Below, one piece after another: positions 21,090 to 28,318 of a stretch of DNA of 64,000 nt. The DNA is from Nibricoccus sp. (lineage in GTDB: Bacteria > Verrucomicrobiota > Verrucomicrobiia > Opitutales > Opitutaceae), in contig JASGHG010000001.1 in NCBI GenBank assembly GCA_047602425.1, forward strand, positions 3,776,001-3,840,000. Reading direction: 5' to 3'. A program made the position numbers and the translations under genes. The notes below the pieces were generated by a model, which was not told the origin of the DNA, did not search any database, and saw only the letters and a program-made list of their open reading frames with translations. Each line of letters starts with the position of its first letter. Position 1 is the first letter of the stretch.

Positions 21090-21815
21090 CTACGTCTCAC
21101 CGGCCGGTTTGCGCAGATATTTGGTTCGCCGCGCGCCGCTGGTGCCGGTGGGTTTGCGTCTTTGCTTTGGTTCGCTGTAGGGTTTTCTTCGATACCCGGC
21201 TTTGTTCGGATCGCACGCGCAGCGGATTTGGTGGTCCTGCATGCGCTTGAAAATGCCGAGCAGTTGCTCCGGCAACACATACTGATCGAGTCCGGACTTC
21301 TCCAGACTGAGCAAGAGCTCATGGCATGCCTCCAAGGTCGAGAGGCAGCCATCCTGCGGTTGTTGTTTGATCACGTAGCGACTGGGCGCGGTGGGTGTGA
21401 ACATCACGCGCGGCAGGCGTTGCAGACTCGGGCTGAGTTTCAGCATTTTCCGCGCACCGCTCCACGTGGCGTCCAGAATGAAAACGGTCAGCCGACGTCC
21501 GCCGAGATCGCCGATAGTGAGTTCGCCTTGTGAAAGATTCTTTGCCTCGGTGCCGGGGTAGAGGAGCACGGGAAAATTCACCGGATCGCGGATAAGCTCC
21601 TGCACGGTCTCGTCGTTGTCGAAACCGACACCCATAACGATCTCGCTGTTCTTGAGACAGAGGTGCGTGAGGCGGCCGGTATTGGCTTTCTCCTCCTTGA
21701 ATTCCTTCGGATGCATCAAAAACACGAAGCGTGTCTTTGTCTCAATCGGTTGGATCGATTCGCACCAGCAAAGAGGCTTCGGCCAGAAGCAGCGATAGCA
21801 CATCACGCGACTCAT
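21090..21815 (-). CDS. DTW-domain tRNA-uridine aminocarboxypropyltransferase (TapT/YfiP-like)
   Basis: CxxC...CxC N-terminus, HPKE, NTGRL, LLYP, ILDATW, LSTLEA. Confidence 0.9.
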   Translation of the reverse strand: MSRVMCYRCFWPKPLCWCESIQPIETKTRFVFLMHPKEFKEEKANTGRLTHLCLKNSEIVMGVGFDNDETVQELIRDPVNFPVLLYPGTEAKNLSQGELTIGDLGGRRLTVFILDATWSGARKMLKLSPSLQRLPRVMFTPTAPSRYVIKQQPQDGCLSTLEACHELLLSLEKSGLDQYVLPEQLLGIFKRMQDHQIRCACDPNKAGYRRKPYSEPKQRRKPTGTSGARRTKYLRKPAGET

Positions 21816-21829
21816 GGGCGGAGGGAATG

Positions 21830-21897
21830 GCCACAAAAAGCACAGAAGGCGCAGAAGAGCTTTATTATGTGCATAGGCCGTTTGTGCTTTTTGTGGC
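21830..21897. repeat. Inverted pair of 9-bp-period CACAAAAAG-type units
   Basis: GCCACAAAAAGCACAGAAGGCGCAGAAG ... TTTGTGCTTTTTGTGGC (16/17 inverted match). Confidence 0.7.
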
Positions 21898-21913
21898 AAA
21901 AATTTCTGCGGAC

Positions 21914-22849
21914 TCAAATCGCCTCGTCGGCGACGCCCCAACGGAGATTGTAGAGCGAGTTCACGAACTCTTTGATGCCGCCAAATTCGGCGAGCGCGAT
22001 GAAGGTCGCGAGCGCGGCGGGCATCACATCAGCGCGGCCGAAGGGAACGCCGGGGATTTTGCGTCGCGTGTCGAGATCGACGGAACCGACGAGTTGAAGA
22101 AGTTCGCGCAGTTGAGCGACCGTGATCGTGGGGCCGATGTCTTCGAGCTCTTTGCCTTCACGGGCGGCGAGAATGACGCGGGCGGTCGTAAGCGTGCCGC
22201 CGGTGCCGATCGTGATGGCGCCCGGGGGTAGATCGAAGGCAAAACCGTTTTTCGCGAGCTTCTCCTTGGTTAATTCGCTCACGCGCAGGCGGGCTTCGTC
22301 GGTGAAAGGTTGCGTCGGATCGGCAACGCAACGCTCGGTCAAACGCACGCAGCCGAGCTGGAAACTTTGGGCTTGGCGGATGGTACGGTTTTGAAAAGAC
22401 AGACATTCGAGGCTGCCTCCGCCGAGGTCGAAGAGATAGAAGTTTTGCAGGCCGGCGAGCGCGGGATCGCAGGTGAGGCCGCGCCCAATGAGATTGGCTT
22501 CTTCGTCGCCGCTGAGGATGCGCACGCTATAGCCGGTTTTGTCGAAAATCTGCTGGCGAAAAATTGCACCATTTGTGGCGTCGCGCACGGCGCTGGTGGC
22601 GACGAGGATGGTTTTAGCCGGAGTGAAATTTGCGGCATCGGCGAGCAGTTCTTTGACGGCGGCGAGTCCGCGGGCCATGCCTTCGTCGCTAAGTCGTGGT
22701 TCGGCTTTGCTAATGCCGGCGCTGATGCGGGCATCGAGGGTTTTGTAGAAAAGCGAAGTCAGCCCGCCGGTGCTCGTGCGTTGGGCGACGAGGATCTTGA
22801 TCGAGTTGCTGCCAATATCGATGACGGCGACGGACGGGAATGCGTTCAC
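21914..22849 (-). CDS. ppx: Ppx/GppA exopolyphosphatase family protein
   Basis: AVIDIGSNSIK, ATSAVRDA, LSGDEEA, DLGGGSLE, LGCVRL, GTGGT, RADV; start re-placed at GTG 22849. Confidence 0.9.
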   Translation of the reverse strand: MNAFPSVAVIDIGSNSIKILVAQRTSTGGLTSLFYKTLDARISAGISKAEPRLSDEGMARGLAAVKELLADAANFTPAKTILVATSAVRDATNGAIFRQQIFDKTGYSVRILSGDEEANLIGRGLTCDPALAGLQNFYLFDLGGGSLECLSFQNRTIRQAQSFQLGCVRLTERCVADPTQPFTDEARLRVSELTKEKLAKNGFAFDLPPGAITIGTGGTLTTARVILAAREGKELEDIGPTITVAQLRELLQLVGSVDLDTRRKIPGVPFGRADVMPAALATFIALAEFGGIKEFVNSLYNLRWGVADEAI

Positions 22850-22856
22850 GGAAAAA

Positions 22857-24140
22857 TCACAGGGCCTTGATTGCGTCGGCGAGGACCTCGCAGGCTTTGG
22901 TGATGGCGGGGCCATCGTGGGCGGTGCTGAGAAAGGCGGCCTCGTAGGCGCTCGGCGCGAGGTAGACGCCTTGGTCGAGGCAGAGGCGGAAAAGGCGGGC
23001 GAAAAGTTTGGCGTCGCCTTTAAGCGCGGTGGCGTAGTCGCGGACCGGCGTATCCGTGAAGAAAATACTGAACATCGAACCGCATTGTGGAACTTGCACA
23101 GGAATCCCCTTGGCCTGCGCGGCGGCCACGACGGTGCCCTTGATCTGCTGGCCAAGAATATCAAGGCGGCCGTAGGGATTTCCCTCGTCGAGCAATTTGA
23201 GTGCGGCGATGCCGGCGGCCATTGCGAGCGGGTTGCCGCTGAGCGTGCCGGCCTGGTAAACGGGTCCGAGCGGTGCGAGGCAGTTCATGATATCGGCGCG
23301 TCCACCAAAGGCGCCAACGGGCAGGCCGCCGCCAATGATTTTTCCTAAACAGGTCAAATCGGGAACGATGCCTTCGCGCTCCTGCACGCCGCCTTTGGCG
23401 ATGCGGAAACCGGTCATGACTTCGTCGAAAATGAGAACCGTCCCGTGCTTGGCGGTGATCTCACGGAGGAACGCGAGGTAACCGGCATCGGGCATGATGA
23501 ACCCGACGTTGCCACAGTAGGGCTCGATGATTACGCCGGCGATTTGGCCGGGATTCGCAGCGAAGGCGGCCTCGAGTGCGGCGCGATCGTTGTAGGGGAG
23601 GACAACGGTTTCCTGGGCGAACGAGGCGGGCACACCGGCGCTGTCCGGACTACCATGGGTGAGCGCTCCCGAACCAGCTTTGATCAGCAATGAATCCGAG
23701 TGGCCATGGTAGCAGCCGGCGAATTTCACGATTTTGTCGCGCTTGGTGAAGCCACGGGCGAGGCGGATAGCCGACATCGTGGCTTCGGTACCGCTGTTGC
23801 ACATGCGGACCTTTTGGATTGATGGAAAAAACTTTATGATGAGCTCGGCCATCTCGACTTCGTAGGGATTGGGCGTGCCGAAGCTCGTGCCGTTTTCGAG
23901 CGCGGTGGCGATGGCCTTTTTGATCGCGGGGTGGTTGTGGCCGTGAATGGCGGGGCCCCAGGTGCAGACGAAGTCGACGAGGACTTGGTTGTCGCTCGTA
24001 ATGAGTGTGGCGCCGCGTGCGGCCTTGACGAAAAACGGTGCGCCACCGACGGAGCGGAAAGCGCGGACGGGCGAATTCACGCCGCCAGGAATAAGCTGCT
24101 GGGCGCGGGCAAAAAGTTGTTCGGAGGTTGAGGAAGACAT
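22857..24140 (-). CDS. hemL: Glutamate-1-semialdehyde 2,1-aminomutase
   Basis: [61 protein letters not shown]. Confidence 0.97.
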   Translation of the reverse strand: MSSSTSEQLFARAQQLIPGGVNSPVRAFRSVGGAPFFVKAARGATLITSDNQVLVDFVCTWGPAIHGHNHPAIKKAIATALENGTSFGTPNPYEVEMAELIIKFFPSIQKVRMCNSGTEATMSAIRLARGFTKRDKIVKFAGCYHGHSDSLLIKAGSGALTHGSPDSAGVPASFAQETVVLPYNDRAALEAAFAANPGQIAGVIIEPYCGNVGFIMPDAGYLAFLREITAKHGTVLIFDEVMTGFRIAKGGVQEREGIVPDLTCLGKIIGGGLPVGAFGGRADIMNCLAPLGPVYQAGTLSGNPLAMAAGIAALKLLDEGNPYGRLDILGQQIKGTVVAAAQAKGIPVQVPQCGSMFSIFFTDTPVRDYATALKGDAKLFARLFRLCLDQGVYLAPSAYEAAFLSTAHDGPAITKACEVLADAIKAL

Positions 24141-24150
24141 GACGGATATT

Positions 24151-24610
24151 TTTTTAACCGCTAATTTTCGCTAATGGGCGCTAATTCAGACAGGAGAGCG
24201 AGTGTTGACGAAACGTTTCCATTGGAGCGAAGGAAACGCGGCAAAGTTGATGAGGTAACCGACGGACTTGCGGGTGACTCGGAGGTAATTGAGGAGTTGT
24301 GCCTCGTGTTCTTCGGCGAGTGTTTTGACGGCTTTGAATTCAACGACGACTTCATCAGCAATGAACAGGTCGGGACGCAAACGCTTTGTGAGAGGTTGGC
24401 CCTTGTAGAAAACAACAAGTTCGGATTGGGCAGCGAACGGAATGTTTCTCGCATTTAATGCGCGCTCCATGCTCTCCTGATAAATTTCCTCGGATAGACC
24501 GCCGCCCAGATCATTGTACACATCGAAAGCAGCGGCCATAATGTCATACCCGAGCTGTGCGAGTGGCTTGTCTGAATTAGCGTTCATTAGCGAAAATTAG
24601 CGGTTAAAAA
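24151..24610. mobile_element. Putative 460-bp element: GxxExxY nuclease gene bounded by 42-bp terminal inverted repeats
   Basis: Left 24151-24192 TTTTTAACCGCTAATTTTCGCTAATGGGCGCTAATTCAGACA; right 24569-24610 TGTCTGAATTAGCGTTCATTAGCGAAAATTAGCGGTTAAAAA; 40/42 complementary. Confidence 0.7.
24186..24587 (-). CDS. GxxExxY protein (PD-(D/E)XK nuclease superfamily)
   Basis: GLSEEIY (GxxExxY), RPDL, VEFKAV (ExK), AQLLNYL, GYLINF. Confidence 0.92.
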   Translation of the reverse strand: MNANSDKPLAQLGYDIMAAAFDVYNDLGGGLSEEIYQESMERALNARNIPFAAQSELVVFYKGQPLTKRLRPDLFIADEVVVEFKAVKTLAEEHEAQLLNYLRVTRKSVGYLINFAAFPSLQWKRFVNTRSPV

Positions 24611-24629
24611 CGGTTTATTTTCCGTTAAC

Positions 24630-26336
24630 TTAGCTCACGTATTTTTGGACGATGGGGATGCGGCGGCCGACGCCGAAGGCGAGGGGGGTGGTTTTCAGGC
24701 CGGGGGCCATTTGCTTGCGCTTGTATTCATTGAGGTCGACCTTGCGAATGATGTCGCTGACGACTGGTTCGGCGAAACCTTGCGCGATCAAGTCACGGCG
24801 GGAGAGGCCTTCTTCGACGTAGCCTTTGAGGATTGCGTCGAGCACGTCGTAGGGCGGCAGGCTGTCCTGGTCGACCTGGCCGGGGCGGAGTTCGGCGGAC
24901 GGCGGTTTTTCGATCGTGTTGAGCGGTATGATTTCGCGGTTGCGATTGATCCAGCGCGAGAGGGCGTAGATCTGCGTTTTGAAAACGTCGGAAATGACGG
25001 CGAGGCCGCCGCACATGTCGCCGTAAAGCGTGCAATAGCCGACTGCGACTTCACTCTTGTTGCCGGTGGTGAGGAGAAGCGAGCCGAACTTGTTGGACAG
25101 AGCCATCATGATGACGCCGCGCACGCGGGCCTGGATGTTTTCCTCGGTGACGTCGGGTTTGCGACCGGCAAAGATCGGACCGAGCGCGGTCTCGGCAGCG
25201 GCTACGACATCGGCGATGGCGATGGTTTCGAAACGAATGCCGAGGGTTTTCGCGAGAACGCGGGCGTCGTCTTTCGAGTGTTGCGACGAGATCGCGGAGG
25301 GCAGGGAAACGCCGATGACATTTTCCGGGCCGAAGGCTTCGGCGGCGAGCACAGCAACGACCGCAGAGTCGATGCCGCCGGAAAGCGCGATGAGCGCGCG
25401 CTTAAAACCGGATTTGAACGCGTAGTCGCGCAAGCCGAGCACGAGGGCGGCGTACACATCGGCGGAGGGATCGGAGGGTGGTAGGGACGACCCGCCGGGT
25501 CGTCCGTCAACGTCATCTGCGGGTAAGTTACGCGCGACCGGACGGCCCGGCGGTTCGTCCCTACCTTCGGAAAAACTCACATCGACGATGCGCAACTCTT
25601 CGGCAAACGCGGCGAGGCGGGCAATGACGTTGCCCGACGCATCGGCAACGAGTGAGCGGCCGTCGAAGATCAACTCGTCGTTACCGCCAATCGCATTGCA
25701 ATATACAAGTGGACAGCCGAGGGTGCGGACGCTGTCGATAACGAGTTGTTCGCGTATGTCGCTTTTGCTGTAATGCCAAGGGCTGGCGGAGAGATTGATG
25801 ACGAGATCGACGCTTTTGGCGGCGAGGCTGGCAACGGGATTGGCGCGGTAAAGGCGTCCGGTGTCGATTGCGGGGTTTTTCCAAATATCCTCGCAAATGG
25901 TGAGCCCGATTTTTTTACCGCCGAAATTGACGATGGCGGGCTCGCGGGCGGCTTCGAAATACCGATCTTCGTCGAACACGTCATAGGTCGGCAGCAGGCA
26001 TTTGCGGCCGATCACGGCGATCTCGCCGCGTTGGCAGAAGGCGGCGGCATTGAACCAGCGGCGGCCTTCGGCGGAGGGGTTCGTTTCGACGAAGCCGATC
26101 ACGGCGGGCACTTCGCCGATTTCGACGGCGATTTCGGTGAGCGATTCCTCGTTGTCGGAGACGAAGCGTTTTTTGAACAACAGATCGCGGGGCGGATAGC
26201 CGCAGACAATCAGCTCGGGAAACACGACGAGTTCAGCGCCTTGAGCGACGAGCGTGCGGTAGGCGTCGAGGATTTTGCGGCGATTGCCGGCGAGGTCACC
26301 GACGGTCGAGTTGAGCTGGGCGAGTCCGATGCGCAT
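24630..26336 (-). CDS. nadE: Glutamine-dependent NAD+ synthetase
   Basis: Nitrilase domain ([21 protein letters not shown]) plus synthetase domain ([35 protein letters not shown]); start at ATG 26336. Confidence 0.96.
   Translation of the reverse strand: MRIGLAQLNSTVGDLAGNRRKILDAYRTLVAQGAELVVFPELIVCGYPPRDLLFKKRFVSDNEESLTEIAVEIGEVPAVIGFVETNPSAEGRRWFNAAAFCQRGEIAVIGRKCLLPTYDVFDEDRYFEAAREPAIVNFGGKKIGLTICEDIWKNPAIDTGRLYRANPVASLAAKSVDLVINLSASPWHYSKSDIREQLVIDSVRTLGCPLVYCNAIGGNDELIFDGRSLVADASGNVIARLAAFAEELRIVDVSFSEGRDEPPGRPVARNLPADDVDGRPGGSSLPPSDPSADVYAALVLGLRDYAFKSGFKRALIALSGGIDSAVVAVLAAEAFGPENVIGVSLPSAISSQHSKDDARVLAKTLGIRFETIAIADVVAAAETALGPIFAGRKPDVTEENIQARVRGVIMMALSNKFGSLLLTTGNKSEVAVGYCTLYGDMCGGLAVISDVFKTQIYALSRWINRNREIIPLNTIEKPPSAELRPGQVDQDSLPPYDVLDAILKGYVEEGLSRRDLIAQGFAEPVVSDIIRKVDLNEYKRKQMAPGLKTTPLAFGVGRRIPIVQKYVS
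25480..25565. repeat. GTAG-type REP doublet located in-frame within nadE
   Basis: GGTAGGGACGACCCGCCGGGTCGTCCG (25480-25506) and CGGACGGCCCGGCGGTTCGTCCCTACC (25539-25565); 25/27 inverted match. Confidence 0.85.
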
Positions 26337-26465
26337 GAGAAAGGCATCACGGTGAACGGCTTTCCGGGGGCTGACAACTCGCAAGGCATCGACCCGGCTC
26401 GCGGGGATGTATGCCTCACCGGGGCCGCAGGAACCCTCCGAGATTGTCTCCCGTAAAATGACCAG

Positions 26466-26549
26466 CGTGCAGTGGGGCTCAAACTGCGTGCAGACAAGGG
26501 TGAATGGCGTGCAAATTCGACTGAACTCCGTGCAAACGAGGCAAACGCC
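26466..26549. repeat. Four 21-bp-period units, each starting CGTGCA
   Basis: CGTGCA at 26466, 26487, 26508 and 26529. Confidence 0.6.
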
Positions 26550-26704
26550 TTCCAATTCCGATTGGCATAACGAGTGCTGCGACGAGTCCACTTTGGACCA
26601 CGCCAAAGCGAGCAGCATCGCACCGGATGCTTCGCTACGTTCAGCATGACAAAGATGAGCAGCAGCGACTTAAGACGCATCTATCACTCAATGAGAACTT
26701 CAGC

Positions 26705-26771
26705 TGGAGGGTCGACTTCCACGTCGACCGTTGGATCGAGTGGCGCGGCCGACGTGGAAGTCGGCCCTCCA
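26705..26771. repeat. GGAG-type REP doublet
   Basis: TGGAGGGTCGACTTCCACGTCGACCG (26705-26730) and CGGCCGACGTGGAAGTCGGCCCTCCA (26746-26771), with compensatory stem changes. Confidence 0.85.
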
Positions 26772-26949
26772 TTCGACCGAGTTTCCGCTCAGTGTTTGGT
26801 CAAGAAGCGGCTATGGTGCCCGCGAAACCACTGGGCTTCACGCAGCGATCGGGGCGACAAACGCCTTGAGTCACTGCCAACGCCAGCTAGAACCAGTGCT
26901 TACCCTTTGCAGACCCAACCGTGCGGAAGACCTCAAATTTTAACCTGCC

Positions 26950-27270
26950 ATGACTAAAGTGATTTTAGTTCTATTGAGTAGCCTTTTGTTGGTGACAGTT
27001 GGTTGCAGTCATACCCGTGCTTCGAAGAAAAAGGAGCCGGCCACCCCGGTGACAACCACCGAGTTCACACCGAATCGGGAACAACTGGTGCGTGATCGGG
27101 CTGAAGAATTGCGGACGAAAGGAATTCCTCCGGATCAAGCGTTGCGTCTCGCGCAGGGGCAGATTCCGGTCGTGCAAACCACCACGTCGCAATCGGCCAG
27201 CGCGGAAAAGGAGAGGAAGGCGCAGGAGAAGTTCGAAAAAGATCTGAACAAATCACTGAACCCACGGTAA
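26950..27270 (+). CDS. Small hypothetical lipoprotein
   Basis: MTKVILVLLSSLLLVTVGC lipobox-like signal. Confidence 0.7.
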   Translation: MTKVILVLLSSLLLVTVGCSHTRASKKKEPATPVTTTEFTPNREQLVRDRAEELRTKGIPPDQALRLAQGQIPVVQTTTSQSASAEKERKAQEKFEKDLNKSLNPR

Positions 27271-27281
27271 GGGAGCTTTGG

Positions 27282-27451
27282 TTGAACAGAGATAGGTTTC
27301 TATCTCCATCCGTGTTTCAGAGGCGGTAAGTGGTTCAATGGGTCTTTTTTTTGACCACTTATGAACACTGATGGGCGCTGATAACAAACCAGGCACAACA
27401 GAATTGCACCCTACGGTCGGAAGCTCCGTTCCCTCAGTTTCCTCCTGTAAA
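27282..27451. repeat. Cluster of degenerate periodic terminal-repeat ends
   Basis: ATCCGTG...TAAGTGGTTCAA (27308-27338), TTGACCACTTATGAACACTGATGGGCGCTGAT (27351-27382) and CTCCGTTCCCTCAGTTTCCTCCTGTAAAA (27424-27452). Confidence 0.55.
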
Positions 27452-27587
27452 ATGGGGCGTTAAAATAGTTGGAGAGAGATTAGTCTTCAGGCGGTTGAGG
27501 GCGATTGCCTGTAACAGTCCGGTTACCATCGTGTCCTTTTTGTCCGACGAAAAGGGAGTAGGTTGCACCACTAAACAGAGGTGTCTT

Positions 27588-27971
27588 ATGAAAACTAAAT
27601 CCATTCGTTATCTACAATTTGTAGCCGTGATGACCGCTTGCGCGTTTCTCTGCGCATGTACAAGTGTACAGACGGTTCAGTCGTCCGACATTGGCAGGCT
27701 TTCCACCTTGGTCCACACGCGCGACACTGTGCGTTGCACGATGAAAGATGGCTCACAGGTCACACTGAAAGTCAGTTCGGTCGAACAAGATACTCTCGTC
27801 GGTGTGGATGGCCGCCGGGTTGCGGTGGCTGAGGTGGCCGGAGCCGAAATCAAACGCTTTGATAGCACCAAATCCATTTTGCTGGGCGTGGTGATCGCTG
27901 CCGGCGTGGTGGCTGCCGCGGCCGCAGGTGGAGGAGGAGGCGGCGGAGGCGGTGGTGGTGGCGGCTACTAA
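27588..27971 (+). CDS. Small lipoprotein with C-terminal TM and poly-Gly tail
   Basis: AFLCAC lipobox; C-terminal hydrophobic helix then GGGGGGGGGGGGY. Confidence 0.7.
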   Translation: MKTKSIRYLQFVAVMTACAFLCACTSVQTVQSSDIGRLSTLVHTRDTVRCTMKDGSQVTLKVSSVEQDTLVGVDGRRVAVAEVAGAEIKRFDSTKSILLGVVIAAGVVAAAAAGGGGGGGGGGGGGY

Positions 27972-28035
27972 AGGTGCGCGCTAGAGGTTGGCCGTGGCAA
28001 GCGGTATAGGTTTCATCCTGAATTCCGCAGAAGGA

Positions 28036-28177
28036 TTAACCACTTATAATCACTTATTGGCACGATGCCTGAGTTGTAGCGAATAGAAAACCAAGACTCG
28101 GTTCATCGGTGAGGTGAATGATTTTGGTCAGCTAAATTCTGACCATCAGTGTTTCTCAGTGAAAATAAGTGGTTCAA
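28036..28177. mobile_element. Gene-less inverted-repeat element with 10-bp-period CACTTAT/CACTGAT ends
   Basis: TTAACCACTTATAATCACTTATTGGCACGAT (28036-28066) ... ATCAGTGTTTCTCAGTGAAAATAAGTGGTTCAA (28145-28177). Confidence 0.6.
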
Positions 28178-28318
28178 CTGCGGTTAAGGTTCATCGCATC
28201 CGATGGGTAGACGGGACCTATCTCTTCGGTCTGTACACGCTGAACCCGCCGCGTTGGTTGCGGCGTGTCCAGCGGTTATGCGCGGTCTTAAACGGCTATG
28301 GCGTTGTTTTTCCGTTTC

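Noticed and set aside
24140..24622. Target-site duplication around the GxxExxY element
   Set aside because: The flanks (GACGGATATT versus CGGTTTATTT) are only loosely similar; no exact duplication can be claimed without an empty site.
26340..26460. Riboswitch upstream of nadE
   Set aside because: No recognisable aptamer consensus by eye; an Rfam/Infernal search would be needed.
26337..26618. 94-aa N-terminal extension of NadE in the ORF track, and similar extensions for batA, ppx, DTW, proS and DUF1080
   Set aside because: Family homology begins at downstream starts; the extensions run through repeats or neighbouring genes.
26626..26651. GATGCTTCGCTACGTTCAGCATGACA, resembling one arm of another palindromic repeat class
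   Set aside because: No partner arm or second copy seen in the window, so it cannot be supported from this sequence alone.
27926..27965. GGN repeat run, and the CAG/CAA-rich run in batB (~10560-10680)
   Set aside because: Codon-period repeats explained by poly-Gly and poly-Gln protein tracts.
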